DNA from: an uncultured Clostridia bacterium
GTDB lineage: Bacteria > Bacillota > Clostridia > Lachnospirales > Anaerotignaceae
Reading direction: 5' to 3'
Length of the DNA stretch: 64,000 nt
Assembly (NCBI GenBank): GCA_902477755.1
Contig: CABSIK010000003.1
Span: 148,912-212,911, forward strand
Part shown: in pieces, positions 9,503 through 19,431 of the stretch
Layout of the letters: each line of letters starts with the position of its first letter
Position numbering within the stretch: the stretch's first letter is position 1
Position numbers and translations under genes: made by a program
The notes under the pieces: model-generated
Seen by the model: only the letters and a program-made list of their open reading frames with translations
Told to the model about the DNA's origin: nothing
Databases searched by the model: none

Positions 9503-9595
9503 GGGGCATCTTCATAAGAAAACAAAGAAAGCTGAAATCCTTATGATAGAGGATTTCAGCTTTCTGATTCTTACTGAGATTTTATTTTATCTGAT
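9503..9595 (+). repeat. nested-palindrome intergenic repeat, copy A (left arm plus inner hairpin; right arm degenerate)
   Basis: GGGGCATCTTCATAAGAAAACAAAGAAAGCTGAAATCC-TTATGATAGA-GGATTTCAGCTTTCT. The left arm and hairpin base match the copies at 22700, 47865 and 26414 (reverse). Confidence 0.7.
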
Positions 9596-9601
9596 TGCAA
9601 A

Positions 9602-11758
9602 TTAATATCTTTCCAGAACGCTTTTTTCGGAGTCAGGTGTTTCATCCTGTACCAGAGCGTCTTTCATGGAGAAGTTCAGTCTGCCCTGTTTGTCGATTTC
9701 TGTCAGTTTTACCATAACTTCATCGCCAGGTGCTACAACGTCTTCTACTTTTGCCACTCTCTTGTTTGCCATCTTGGAGATGTGAACCAGACCTTCTTTG
9801 CCGGGTGCGATTTCTACGAAAGCGCCGAATGTCATCAGTCTTGTGATGGTGCCTTTGTAGATCTTACCAGGTTCGGGATCGCTGACAATGGCGTTGATCA
9901 TATCCATTGCACGCTGCATATCTGCCGGATCTGTACCCTTGATGAAGATCTTGCCATCATCTTCTGTATCGATTTCACAATTTGTTTCTTCGATGATCTT
10001 CTTGATAACTTTGCCTCTTGTACCGATAACTTCCGCAATCTTATCCACGTCGATCTGCATAGTTGCAATCTTAGGCGCATATTTGGACAGTTCTTTTCTG
10101 GGTTCTGCGATAGCTTTCAGCATGACTTCGTTGAGGATATATTCTCTTGCTCTGCCTGTCTGTGCAAAAGCCTGTTCGATCATTTCAAATGTCAGACCTT
10201 TGATCTTCATATCCATCTGGATTGCTGTAATACCTTCAGAAGTACCAGCCACTTTAAAGTCCATGTCGCCGAAGAAGTCTTCTACGCCCTGAATGTCTGT
10301 GATTTCGATGAAGTCGTCATCTGTGTCGCCTGTTACCAGACCAACGGAGATACCAGCAACAGGACGTTTGATAGGTACGCCTGCTGCCATCAGGGACAGT
10401 GTGGAACCGCAGATGGAAGCCTGAGATGTGGAACCGTTGGAGCTGAGGATATCGGAAACCAGACGGATTGCGTAAGGGAATTCTTCTTCGCTGGGGATCA
10501 CGGGCAGCAGTGCTCTTTCACCCAGTGCGCCGTGACCGATTTCACGTCTGCCGGGGCCTCTGGAAGTTTTTGCTTCACCTACAGAGAAGCCAGGGAAGTT
10601 ATAGTGGTGAATGTAGCGTTTGCCTGTTTCATTTGCATCCAGACCATCCAGACGCTGACCTTCGCTGATGGCGCCCAGTGTGGTTACTGTCAGAGCCTGT
10701 GTCTGTCCTCTGGAGAACAGAGCGGAACCATGCACACGAGGCAGTACGTCAACTTCTGCGCTCAGAGGTCTGATTTCTTCGATACCACGGCCGTCGGGAC
10801 GTTTGTGTTCTCTCAGAATCATTCTTCTAACAGTCATTTTTTCAAATTTGTAGATGATTTCGTCTACCAGTGCCGCAATGTCTGTATCTTCAGCGGAAAT
10901 TTCTGTCAGCGCTTCTGTCAGCTGTTCCAGAACTTCTTCTGTGATGACTTTGATCTTTGCGTCACGATCCTGTTTCAGTTCTGCAAAAACAGCTTCTTCC
11001 ATTCTTGCATCTGTGATATATTCTGTTACCAGTTTGTAAGCATCTTCGGGAATCACATGTTCTGTGTAAGGTGCTTTTTCTTTACCTTCTTTTGCTGTGA
11101 TTTCCTGAATGAATTTTACAACTTCCAGGTTAGTATCGAATGCCAGATGGATGGCTTCCATCATCAGTGCGTCAGGGATTTCGTCTGCGCCTGCTTCGAT
11201 CATCATAACTTTATCTTCTTTGGAAGATACGGTCAGTGTCAGTCTTGTTTTTTCTCTCTGTTCTGCTGTGGGGTTTACCACCAGTTCGCCGTCCACATAA
11301 CCGATGTTTACGGAAGAAACGGGATCTGTGAAAGGAATATCGGAAATGTTCAGCGCCAGAGATGCACCGATCATAGCTACCACTTCAGGCGCGCAGTCCT
11401 GATCTACGGACATAACAGTTGCAACGATGGCTACGTCGTTTCTGTAATCCTTAGGGAACAGAGGACGCAGAGGTCTGTCGATACATCTTGCTGTCAGGAT
11501 TGCTTTTTCGGAAGGTCTGCCTTCTCTTTTGATAAAACCGCCGGGGATTTTACCTACGGAATACAGTCTTTCTTCGTAATCAATGCTCAGAGGGAAGAAA
11601 TCAATGCCTTCTCTGGGCTTTTCGGATGCAATTGCAGTAACCAGTACAGTGGTTTCGCCGTAGCGAAGCAATACAGCGCCGTTGGCCTGTTCCGCTACTC
11701 TGCCAATTTCAGCTGTCAATGTTCTGCCTGCCAGTTCCATGGAATAGGTTCTAAACAT
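9602..11758 (-). CDS. pnp: polyribonucleotide nucleotidyltransferase (PNPase)
   Basis: ORF 9602..11797 trimmed to ATG 11758 (AAGGAGAATGAAC ATG). MFRTYSMELAGRTLTAEIGRVAEQANGAV... two RNase PH domains, then KH and S1 at the C-terminus. Confidence 0.95.
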   Translation of the reverse strand: MFRTYSMELAGRTLTAEIGRVAEQANGAVLLRYGETTVLVTAIASEKPREGIDFFPLSIDYEERLYSVGKIPGGFIKREGRPSEKAILTARCIDRPLRPLFPKDYRNDVAIVATVMSVDQDCAPEVVAMIGASLALNISDIPFTDPVSSVNIGYVDGELVVNPTAEQREKTRLTLTVSSKEDKVMMIEAGADEIPDALMMEAIHLAFDTNLEVVKFIQEITAKEGKEKAPYTEHVIPEDAYKLVTEYITDARMEEAVFAELKQDRDAKIKVITEEVLEQLTEALTEISAEDTDIAALVDEIIYKFEKMTVRRMILREHKRPDGRGIEEIRPLSAEVDVLPRVHGSALFSRGQTQALTVTTLGAISEGQRLDGLDANETGKRYIHHYNFPGFSVGEAKTSRGPGRREIGHGALGERALLPVIPSEEEFPYAIRLVSDILSSNGSTSQASICGSTLSLMAAGVPIKRPVAGISVGLVTGDTDDDFIEITDIQGVEDFFGDMDFKVAGTSEGITAIQMDMKIKGLTFEMIEQAFAQTGRAREYILNEVMLKAIAEPRKELSKYAPKIATMQIDVDKIAEVIGTRGKVIKKIIEETNCEIDTEDDGKIFIKGTDPADMQRAMDMINAIVSDPEPGKIYKGTITRLMTFGAFVEIAPGKEGLVHISKMANKRVAKVEDVVAPGDEVMVKLTEIDKQGRLNFSMKDALVQDETPDSEKSVLERY

Positions 11759-11884
11759 GTTCATTCTCCTTTTCTGTCTGTTTTTCTCCTGCACCATAGA
11801 TCTTCAACTTCAAAAACATGGTCGTCCATATTTGCAAAGTTGGAAATCTATAGTGCAACCTTCTTTGTTTTTGTTTGATAGAAG

Positions 11885-11912
11885 AAAAGAGAGGAAAAAC
11901 CTCCTCTCTTTT
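11885..11912 (-). terminator. hairpin between rpsO and pnp (terminator/processing hairpin)
   Basis: AAAAGAGAGGA-AAAACC-TCCTCTCTTTT, an 11-bp stem, followed on the minus strand by CUUCUAUC. Confidence 0.55.
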
Positions 11913-11933
11913 CCTGATCTTTTGGTTTGTGTC

Positions 11934-12197
11934 TTACTTTCTCAGACCCAGTTCTGCAATGATTGTACGATATCTTTCGATATCCAGTTCTTTCAGGTAG
12001 TTCAGCAGACCTCTTCTCTGACCAACCATTTTCAGCAGACCACGTCTGGAGTGGTGATCTTTCTTGTGGCTTTTCAGGTGGTCTGTCAGCAGAGTGATTC
12101 TTGCTGTCAGCAGAGCGATCTGTACTTCGGGAGAACCTGTGTCGTTAGGTGTTCTGCCGTATTTTGCGATAATTTCCTGTTTGTTGATTGTTGCCAT
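11934..12197 (-). CDS. rpsO: 30S ribosomal protein S15
   Basis: 87 aa. [35 protein letters not shown] is the canonical S15 sequence. Confidence 0.95.
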   Translation of the reverse strand: MATINKQEIIAKYGRTPNDTGSPEVQIALLTARITLLTDHLKSHKKDHHSRRGLLKMVGQRRGLLNYLKELDIERYRTIIAELGLRK

Positions 12198-12296
12198 GAT
12201 TTTTGGCCTCCTTAATAAATATTTTTTCTTGCAACCCCTAGAACTAAGTGAAGGTCGGAGCGTCCTGTCACTGAGTCCTGGTTTTACAGCGTTCTC

Positions 12297-12325
12297 ATTT
12301 TATCATACTATATGACCCTTTGCAA
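12297..12325 (-). promoter_or_regulatory. sigma-70-like promoter of rpsO
   Basis: Minus strand TTGCAA (12325..12320), 17 nt spacer, TAAAAT (12302..12297) with an upstream TGA (extended -10). This leaves a 5' UTR of about 95 nt. Confidence 0.5.
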
Positions 12326-12362
12326 GAGCAAAGGCTTGATTTCTTGCGATTTTTTCGTTTTT

Positions 12363-13259
12363 TCAGCTGGTTTGGGCTGATTTTTTCGTCTTTTTCTTTG
12401 GCTCATAGCGAAGCTGTGACATGAGCACCGCCACAAATACCACCGCGAAGCCCACTGCCATTCTGGGTGTCACTTCTTCATGGTACAGCAGTACAGAGAA
12501 AATAACCCCGAAAACAGATTCCAGACTCAACAGGATGGTTCCCACTGCCGCGTCTGTATGCTTGAGACCATAAGCCTGCAGGAACAGGCAAAGGGCTGTG
12601 GAAAGCAGTGCCAGATACATGACATTTCCCATGGCGCCCATGGAAACCGCCTCCGGCATACCACTTGTCAGGAATGTGCCAATCCAGCCGATGACCGCAG
12701 AAAAAGTGATCTGCATAGTAGTCAGCAGAATGGGATCTCTGCCTTTGGAAAACCACGCCACTGCTGTCAGGTCACAGGCATAGATCACACCGCAGACCAG
12801 TGTCACCATATCCCCCGGCAGCATAGACATATCCCCATTGAGGGAAATCAGTCCAATCCCTGCCAGACAGATGACAGCCGCAATAACATGATTGCGCTGA
12901 GGACGCTCCTTGGAAACAAACCAGTAGAAAAATGGTACAATGACGCAATAAACCGCTGTCAAAAAGGCGCTTTTGCCCGGTGTGGTTCCCATGGTAAGGG
13001 CAACGGTCTGGACAGCTGTGGCTGTCCCCATGGTCAAGCCTGTGATGATACCGCCAAGCAGATACCCCTTATCCAGTCTGCCCCATTTTTTAAAGGTAAT
13101 GACCCAAAGCACCACTGCCGCAATGGTAAATCTTGCCGCTGTGATGAACCAGCCGGAAAGCTCCTCTGTGGCAAATTTCTGAAAAACGAAGGCGCTCCCC
13201 CAAATAATGGCTGTCAGAAGCAGCAGCAGATGTGCCCGTGTTCTTTTATTCTCCAACAT
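12363..13259 (-). CDS. DMT superfamily (EamA-type) transporter
   Basis: 298 aa, about 10 TM helices, two EamA-like halves (LLLLTAIIWGSAFVFQK...). Confidence 0.8.
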   Translation of the reverse strand: MLENKRTRAHLLLLLTAIIWGSAFVFQKFATEELSGWFITAARFTIAAVVLWVITFKKWGRLDKGYLLGGIITGLTMGTATAVQTVALTMGTTPGKSAFLTAVYCVIVPFFYWFVSKERPQRNHVIAAVICLAGIGLISLNGDMSMLPGDMVTLVCGVIYACDLTAVAWFSKGRDPILLTTMQITFSAVIGWIGTFLTSGMPEAVSMGAMGNVMYLALLSTALCLFLQAYGLKHTDAAVGTILLSLESVFGVIFSVLLYHEEVTPRMAVGFAVVFVAVLMSQLRYEPKKKTKKSAQTS

Positions 13260-13292
13260 GATGTTACCTCATATTTTATCTGTCCGTATGTT

Positions 13293-14249
13293 TTATTTTT
13301 CTTCTTCCGCTTTCCAGTGTTCATATTCCGCAGAAGCAAAATATTCTCTGGTCTGTTTGGCGTTGATGGCAATCTGTTCCTGCAGTTCGTCTACGCTTTC
13401 AAATTTCTTTTCGCTGCGCAGGAATTTATAGAAGAAAATCTGTAATTCTTCGCCATAAATCATTTTATTGAAGTCAAACAGATAGGTTTCCACAATTTTC
13501 TGTGTGCCGTTTACCGTAGGATTTTTGCCGATATTGGTCACACCGTAGTAATACTTGCCTTCATACAGTGTTTTTGTGGCATACACCCCATTGGGAGGGA
13601 ACAGCTTCAAGGGATGGGCTTCGATATTCACTGTAGGGAAACCGATGGTACGCCCCAGTTTTTTCCCTTCTTTCACAGTACCCAGAATGAAATAAGGCAC
13701 TGTCAGCATGGTATTGGCGCTTTCCAAATCCTTGTCGATGAGGCACTGACGGATACGGGAACTGCTGACCCGTTCGCCTTCATACTGGACAGAAGGCACC
13801 GCAATGACTTTCACGCCGTGTTCTTCACCCAAACGGCGCAGCATTTCATAATTGCCTGCCCGATTGCTGCCGAAATGATAGTTTTCCCCTACCACCAGCA
13901 CTTTGCACTTCATGCGTTCAAAAAGCAGTTTTACGGCAAAGTCATAAGCAGACATGGAAGCAAAATCCTTATCAAAAGGATATTCGATATAAGTATCCAC
14001 GCCCATCTGCTCCATGGTAAATAGCTTTTCAGAGGGCGCCATAATCAGGGCAAAATCCTCTTTTTTCTTGAATACCAGCATGGGATGAGGAGAAAAGGAA
14101 AATACCACGCTTTCCAGATTTTCCTCTGCCGCAAATTCTTTTGTCAGTTGAATCAGGGCACGGTGACCCAGATGCAGCCCGTCAAAGTTCCCCAGCGTAA
14201 TGGCTGTGGGTCTGCTGCGGTCCACCTGCCCGTCTGTAATATGTTCCAT
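13293..14249 (-). CDS. ribF: bifunctional riboflavin kinase / FMN adenylyltransferase
   Basis: 318 aa. TLGNFDGLHLGHRALI nucleotidyltransferase motif and a C-terminal riboflavin kinase (GRTIGFPTVNI). Confidence 0.9.
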   Translation of the reverse strand: MEHITDGQVDRSRPTAITLGNFDGLHLGHRALIQLTKEFAAEENLESVVFSFSPHPMLVFKKKEDFALIMAPSEKLFTMEQMGVDTYIEYPFDKDFASMSAYDFAVKLLFERMKCKVLVVGENYHFGSNRAGNYEMLRRLGEEHGVKVIAVPSVQYEGERVSSSRIRQCLIDKDLESANTMLTVPYFILGTVKEGKKLGRTIGFPTVNIEAHPLKLFPPNGVYATKTLYEGKYYYGVTNIGKNPTVNGTQKIVETYLFDFNKMIYGEELQIFFYKFLRSEKKFESVDELQEQIAINAKQTREYFASAEYEHWKAEEEK

Positions 14250-14261
14250 TTCGATACTCCT

Positions 14262-15161
14262 TTAAATCAACATCTTAAATGGTTTGATATAAAAGCCTTC
14301 TTCGTCCCGTACTTCATACAGCCCCACCAGATGGTGTTCACTGTCAAAAACAGCGGCGATGTCACCTGCTGTCAGTTCTTTTTCCGCCTCATAAAACTTG
14401 GCGTAAACTCTGCCGCCGTTATACAGCATTTTTGTGGACTTCGGAGAAACGATGATTTTCGGGAAATCGGACAATGCCGCTTCCATGGACAGGAAAGCTT
14501 CTTCCTGCCGTCCTTCATCCGCCATTGTCTGCAATTCTCCCAATGTGATGGCATCCTCCAGCGCAAAACTGCCGGTACGGGTACGAGTCAGTTCTGCCAT
14601 ATGGGCGCCACAGCCCAGAGCCTTGCCAATATCACTGCAAAGGGTACGGATATAAGTCCCTTTGGAGCAGTCCACGTCTATTTCAAAGCGGTCAGGAGGC
14701 AGGAATCTTACGATATTGATGGCAAAAATGGTAATGGTTCTTGCTTTACGCTCGATTTCCTTTCCTTCCCGCGCCAGTTCATACAATTTCTTGCCGTTGA
14801 CCTTGATGGCAGAATACATGGGCGGAATCTGTTTCTGTTCCCCCACAAATCCGGCTACTGCCTGTCTGATTTTTTCCTCGTCAAAATCCACAGGCTTTTC
14901 TTCCAGCACTTCACCAGCCGCGTCTTCTGTTGTGGTAGTGATGCCCAGCCGCACCATGGCACGGTAACGCTTTTTCCCGTCCATGATGATGTCCGCCAGT
15001 TTTGTAGCTTTGCCTACGCAAACTGGCAATACGCCTTCCGCGTCAGGGTCTAAGGTGCCTGTATGTCCCACTTTCTTTGTGTGGAGGATACGGCGCACCA
15101 CAGCCACTACATCATGGGAGGTAAATCCCTTTTCCTTTCGGATATTCAAAATACCGTCCAA
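14262..15161 (-). CDS. truB: tRNA pseudouridine(55) synthase
   Basis: 299 aa. KVGHTGTLDPDAEGVLPV catalytic Asp motif. Confidence 0.9.
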   Translation of the reverse strand: MDGILNIRKEKGFTSHDVVAVVRRILHTKKVGHTGTLDPDAEGVLPVCVGKATKLADIIMDGKKRYRAMVRLGITTTTEDAAGEVLEEKPVDFDEEKIRQAVAGFVGEQKQIPPMYSAIKVNGKKLYELAREGKEIERKARTITIFAINIVRFLPPDRFEIDVDCSKGTYIRTLCSDIGKALGCGAHMAELTRTRTGSFALEDAITLGELQTMADEGRQEEAFLSMEAALSDFPKIIVSPKSTKMLYNGGRVYAKFYEAEKELTAGDIAAVFDSEHHLVGLYEVRDEEGFYIKPFKMLI

Positions 15162-15173
15162 GTGATTCCCTCC

Positions 15174-16124
15174 TTACAGCATTTTTTCGATTTCTGCCAG
15201 CACCATTTCTTTTGCTTTGTCAATGGGTGCCGCAATGGTACAGCCTGCCGCTTTCACATGACCGCCGCCGCCGAATTTCTGTGCCAATGCGCAGACATCT
15301 CTGCCATCAGCGCCACGGAAGCTGGCTTTGACTTCTGTTTCTGTCTTTTCATAAAGGAAACATGCCACTTCTGCCCCCTGTACGCCTTTCAGATAATTGA
15401 TGATGGCGTCCAGTTCCTTATTGGTACCGTTGCAGGCAGCAATTTCCGCAGAAGTAATGGTTGCACATACCACTTTGCCGTCAAAATACAGTTTTGCGTT
15501 TTCCAAAGCCTGTCCCATGATTTTCATTTCGGAAAAACTGCGGCTGTCGAAAAAGCGGTTATAAATATCTGTAAAAGGAATCCCTGTTTCCATCAAAGCC
15601 CCTGCCACACGCATGGTGTTGGGGGATGTGGAAGAATGACGAAAACCGCCAGTGTCATAAATAAGACCAGCATAAAGCCCTGCCGCCATGTCCTTGTCGA
15701 TGGGATAATTCCCTTCCAGAAAACCGTATACGATTTCGGATGTGGAGGACGCTTCCCCTTCCACATAATTATACTGACCGTAATAAGTATTGCTGCTGTG
15801 ATGGTCAATATTAATGGTCACATCTGCCTGATGGAACCAATGCCCTGCAGCCCCCAGACGACCTTCGTCGCCGCAGTCCAGCGCCAGAAACAAGTCAGCT
15901 TTCGCCGCCGCTTCTTTCACCAGATGCTTACCGAGAATCACATCATACTTAGGTGCATAATGTTCCAGCAGTACGGTCACATCTTTGCCGGCTTTTTCCA
16001 ATGCCAGCCCGAAAGCAAGGCAAGCCCCGATGGCGTCACCGTCGGGATTGGTATGCCCTGCAATCTGAATGGTCTTTGCCTGTGCAATTTTTTCCAGAAT
16101 TTCCTGTTTTGTATTATTCTGCAT
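15174..16124 (-). CDS. nrnA: DHH/DHHA1 phosphoesterase (oligoribonuclease/pAp phosphatase NrnA-type)
   Basis: ORF 15174..16193 trimmed to ATG 16124, which overlaps the rbfA stop. IAGHTNPDGDAIG, NIDHHSSN and GGGH motifs. Confidence 0.8.
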   Translation of the reverse strand: MQNNTKQEILEKIAQAKTIQIAGHTNPDGDAIGACLAFGLALEKAGKDVTVLLEHYAPKYDVILGKHLVKEAAAKADLFLALDCGDEGRLGAAGHWFHQADVTINIDHHSSNTYYGQYNYVEGEASSTSEIVYGFLEGNYPIDKDMAAGLYAGLIYDTGGFRHSSTSPNTMRVAGALMETGIPFTDIYNRFFDSRSFSEMKIMGQALENAKLYFDGKVVCATITSAEIAACNGTNKELDAIINYLKGVQGAEVACFLYEKTETEVKASFRGADGRDVCALAQKFGGGGHVKAAGCTIAAPIDKAKEMVLAEIEKML

Positions 16125-16497
16125 CTTTCTGCACTTCTCTTTCCTCACGGTCTTTGGCAATCTGCGCCATAAGCTGTTCCATACGAACGGCATATTCCGC
16201 AGATTCGTCCAGTTTGAAAATCAGTTCTGGTGTCAGGCGGAGATTTACACGTTCTGCCACCAGATGACGGATGAAACCAGCTGCGTTTTTCAAGCCTTTC
16301 ATGACGCTTGCTTTCTGGTTTTCATCTCCCAGCACAGATACATATACTTTGCAGTATTTCAAATCCTGGGTTGTATCCACACGCACCACGCTGGTCATAG
16401 CGCCGATGCGAGGGTCTTTCAGTTCTGCCCGTACAATCTGAGAAACTTCCTTGAAAATTTCGTCATTGATACGGGAAATTCTTGTATTGTTCTTCAT
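16114..16497 (-). CDS. rbfA: ribosome-binding factor A
   Basis: 127 aa. RISRINDEIFKEVSQIVRAELKDPRI... follows infB as in the conserved operon. Confidence 0.9.
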   Translation of the reverse strand: MKNNTRISRINDEIFKEVSQIVRAELKDPRIGAMTSVVRVDTTQDLKYCKVYVSVLGDENQKASVMKGLKNAAGFIRHLVAERVNLRLTPELIFKLDESAEYAVRMEQLMAQIAKDREEREVQKDAE

Positions 16498-16511
16498 ATA
16501 TTTTCACCTGC

Positions 16512-18782
16512 TTATCTAGGTACTTCTACCATGGTATAGGCTTCGATCCAGTCGCCTTCTTTCACATCGTTGAACTTCTTGAATACCAGACCGCATTCAT
16601 AACCAGCAGCAACCTCTTTTACGTCGTCTTTGAAGCGTTTCAAACTTTCCAGATCGCCTTCGTAAACAACAACGCCGTCACGAATGATACGAACCTGGCA
16701 GTTTCTTACGAATTTACCGTCTTTTACATAGCTGCCGGCAATAGTACCAACACCGGATGCTTTGAACAGCTGACGTACTTCTGCATGACCCAGTACCTGT
16801 TCTTCGAATACAGGATCCAGCAGACCTTTCATAGCAGCTGTGATATCTTCGATAGCGTTGTAGATGACACGGTACAGACGAACGTCAACTTTTTCTTCAT
16901 CCGCAAATGCTTTTGCAGCGGGTTCGGGACGTACGTTGAAGCCGATGATGATGGCGTTGGATGCGGAAGCCAGCATAACGTCGCTTTCTGTGATAGCGCC
17001 AACACCGCCATGGATGATACGTACACGTACTTCTTCGTTGGACAGTCTTTCCAAACTCTGACGAACGGCTTCTACGGAGCCCTGTACGTCTGCTTTGACT
17101 ACGATGTTCAGTTCTTTCATGTTACCGCTCTGAATCTGAGAGAACAGGTCGTCCAGAGATACTTTCTGTGGTGTTTCCTTGATCATGTTTTCTCTGTTCT
17201 TCGCGATGATGCTTTCAGCAACCTGTCTTGCCTGTTTATCATTTTCTGCTACATAGAAGCTGTCACCAGCGGAAGGTACTTCAGACAGACCCAAAATTTC
17301 TACAGGAGTAGAAGGGCCTGCTTTTTTCACACGTCTGCCCTTATCGTCAGTCATGGCACGAATCTTACCATAAGCCGCACCTGCAACGATGGGGTCACCT
17401 ACCTGCAAAGTACCGTTCTGTACCAGTACCGTTGCAACAGGACCTCTGCCTTTATCCAACTGTGCTTCTACGATAGCGCCTCTTGCGTTTTTGTTGGGGT
17501 TTGCTTTCAGTTCTTTCATTTCTGCTACCAGAATGATCATTTCCAGCAGAGAATCCAGACCGTCTTTTGTCACTGCGGAAACAGGTACACAGATAGTCTG
17601 ACCGCCCCAGTCTTCCGCTACCAGACCATATTCTACCAGTTCCTGTTTTACACGGTCAGGGTTTGCGGAGGGTTTATCCATTTTGTTGATGGCAACGATG
17701 ATTTCAACGCCTGCTGCCTTCGCATGGTTGATGGCTTCTACAGTCTGAGGCATAACACCGTCATCTGCCGCTACAACCAGGATAGCGATATCTGTGATCT
17801 GTGCGCCACGCATACGCATTGCTGTAAAAGCTTCGTGACCGGGTGTATCCAAGAATGTGATTGGTTTGCCGTCGATCTGTACAGTGTAAGCACCGATGTG
17901 CTGTGTGATACCGCCGGCTTCGCCTTTTGTTACGTTACTGTGACGGATGGCATCCAGCAGGGATGTTTTACCATGGTCAACGTGACCCATAACAACAACA
18001 ACGGGAGGTCTTTCTTTCAGATCTTTTTCGTCGTCTTCTTCCTCTGCGAAAACGGTTTCCAGAATGTCTTTTTCTTCTTCCTGTTCCAGAATGACATTGT
18101 AGTCTTCCGCAATAGCAGCAGCTGTGTCAAAGTCCAGTGTGGCGTTGATGTTCAGCATCTGGCCTTTTTTCATCAGTGCCATTACCAGATCGGAACCTTT
18201 TTTGCCCAGTACTTCGGCCAGATCTTTTACGCTGATGGAAGCAGGAATGGATTTGATGACAGGTTCTGCTGCTTTTTCAGCTGCTTCCAGCGCTTCCAGT
18301 TCTGCCATGAGCGCTGCTTCTTCTTCCATTTCACGTCTTCTGCGTTCCAGAGGATTTTCTCTGGGTTTCTGGTCTTTTTTGCCTTTGCCTTTTTTATCTT
18401 TTTTGCCCTGATTCTGGTTGTTCTGGGCGTTGTTGTTCTGGTTTTTATTCTGGTTGTTGTTTTTGTTCTGATTATTATTCTGCGGGTTCTTGCCGTCCTG
18501 CGCTTTTTTGTTTTCGCCCTTGTTTCTGTTATCCTGTTTGGGAGCATCTTTCCGCTGATTTCCCTTATGCTGCTCTTTTACTTCCTGCTTAGGAGCTTCT
18601 TTTTTGGGTTCTTCCGCTTTCTGTGCAGGCTGATACAGCTTTCTGATCTTGTCCGCGTCGCTTTCCTCGATCATGCTCATATGGCTGTTTGCTTCCATAC
18701 CTACACTCTTCATTTTTTCCATCAGTTCTTTATTGGCTACGCCCAACTGCTTTGCCAGTTCATAAATTCGCATTTTTGACAT
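16512..18782 (-). CDS. infB: translation initiation factor IF-2
   Basis: ORF 16512..18791 trimmed to ATG 18782 (GAGGTGCGGCGA ATG). [14 protein letters not shown]..., [13 protein letters not shown]-domain, and a low-complexity K/E/N/Q N-terminal linker. Confidence 0.95.
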   Translation of the reverse strand: MSKMRIYELAKQLGVANKELMEKMKSVGMEANSHMSMIEESDADKIRKLYQPAQKAEEPKKEAPKQEVKEQHKGNQRKDAPKQDNRNKGENKKAQDGKNPQNNNQNKNNNQNKNQNNNAQNNQNQGKKDKKGKGKKDQKPRENPLERRRREMEEEAALMAELEALEAAEKAAEPVIKSIPASISVKDLAEVLGKKGSDLVMALMKKGQMLNINATLDFDTAAAIAEDYNVILEQEEEKDILETVFAEEEDDEKDLKERPPVVVVMGHVDHGKTSLLDAIRHSNVTKGEAGGITQHIGAYTVQIDGKPITFLDTPGHEAFTAMRMRGAQITDIAILVVAADDGVMPQTVEAINHAKAAGVEIIVAINKMDKPSANPDRVKQELVEYGLVAEDWGGQTICVPVSAVTKDGLDSLLEMIILVAEMKELKANPNKNARGAIVEAQLDKGRGPVATVLVQNGTLQVGDPIVAGAAYGKIRAMTDDKGRRVKKAGPSTPVEILGLSEVPSAGDSFYVAENDKQARQVAESIIAKNRENMIKETPQKVSLDDLFSQIQSGNMKELNIVVKADVQGSVEAVRQSLERLSNEEVRVRIIHGGVGAITESDVMLASASNAIIIGFNVRPEPAAKAFADEEKVDVRLYRVIYNAIEDITAAMKGLLDPVFEEQVLGHAEVRQLFKASGVGTIAGSYVKDGKFVRNCQVRIIRDGVVVYEGDLESLKRFKDDVKEVAAGYECGLVFKKFNDVKEGDWIEAYTMVEVPR

Positions 18783-18823
18783 TCGCCGCACCTCTTCTTT
18801 CTCTTACATCTATTCCAAATCCT

Positions 18824-19138
18824 TTACTCTGCGTTTTCTGCTGTCTGTGCAAGCTGCTGCAATTTTGCCGCAAATCCCGCTTCTGTCACGACCAGTACCG
18901 CGCGGATTTCCTCGCCGACAGCTCTGCCTAAATCTGCCTTTGTTCCCAGTTCCAAAATCGGAACTTCATAAAACGATGCAGAGTTATGAAATTTCTTCTT
19001 TGTATTTGCCGATGCATCTCCTGCCACAATGACAAGACATGCCTTTTTGCCGCGTATGGCTTCCTCTGCCGCCACTTCGCCCCCTGCCACTTTATTGGCA
19101 CGCTTGCAAAGTCCCAGCAGGGAATAAAACTTACGCAT
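18824..19138 (-). CDS. ylxQ: L7Ae-family RNA-binding protein YlxQ
   Basis: Internal ATG 19138 of ORF 18824..19321. 104 aa, MRKFYSLLGLCKRANKVAGGEVAAEEAIRGKKACLVIVAGDAS. Start overlaps the ylxR stop. Confidence 0.8.
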   Translation of the reverse strand: MRKFYSLLGLCKRANKVAGGEVAAEEAIRGKKACLVIVAGDASANTKKKFHNSASFYEVPILELGTKADLGRAVGEEIRAVLVVTEAGFAAKLQQLAQTAENAE

Positions 19139-19412
19139 GATTTTCTTCTCCTTCCAGCTGTGCCAACAGGGCTTCATATACGTCCTTGGGCACAGGCGCC
19201 TTAAAGGAGCGTTCCAGACCTTTGGACTTCTGCGCCTTCGCCAGACATTCCGTATTGGGGCAAATATATGCGCCCCGTCCCGGTTTCTTGCCTGTACGGT
19301 CCAAAGAAAATTCGCCTGCATCGTTGCGCACGATGCGGATCAATTCCCGTTTGTCCTTCATTTCCTGACAGCCGGTACATTTTCTGAGGGGGACTTTCCG
19401 TTGTTTCATCAT
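19131..19412 (-). CDS. ylxR: YlxR/DUF448 RNA-binding protein
   Basis: 93 aa. PLRKCTGCQEMKDKRELIRIV...GRGAYIC signature. Lies between nusA and ylxQ. Confidence 0.85.
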   Translation of the reverse strand: MMKQRKVPLRKCTGCQEMKDKRELIRIVRNDAGEFSLDRTGKKPGRGAYICPNTECLAKAQKSKGLERSFKAPVPKDVYEALLAQLEGEENHA

Positions 19413-19431
19413 GTTGCCGCCTCCTCTATGC

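Noticed and set aside
12480-13445. 321-aa plus ORF
   Set aside because: It is antisense to the EamA transporter and the ribF 3' end, with His/Cys/Gln-rich nonsense composition.
18824-19321. 165-aa version of the ylxQ ORF
   Set aside because: The N-terminal 61 codons overlap ylxR out of frame and have no homology-like features. The internal ATG at 19138 gives a canonical roughly 104-aa L7Ae-type protein.
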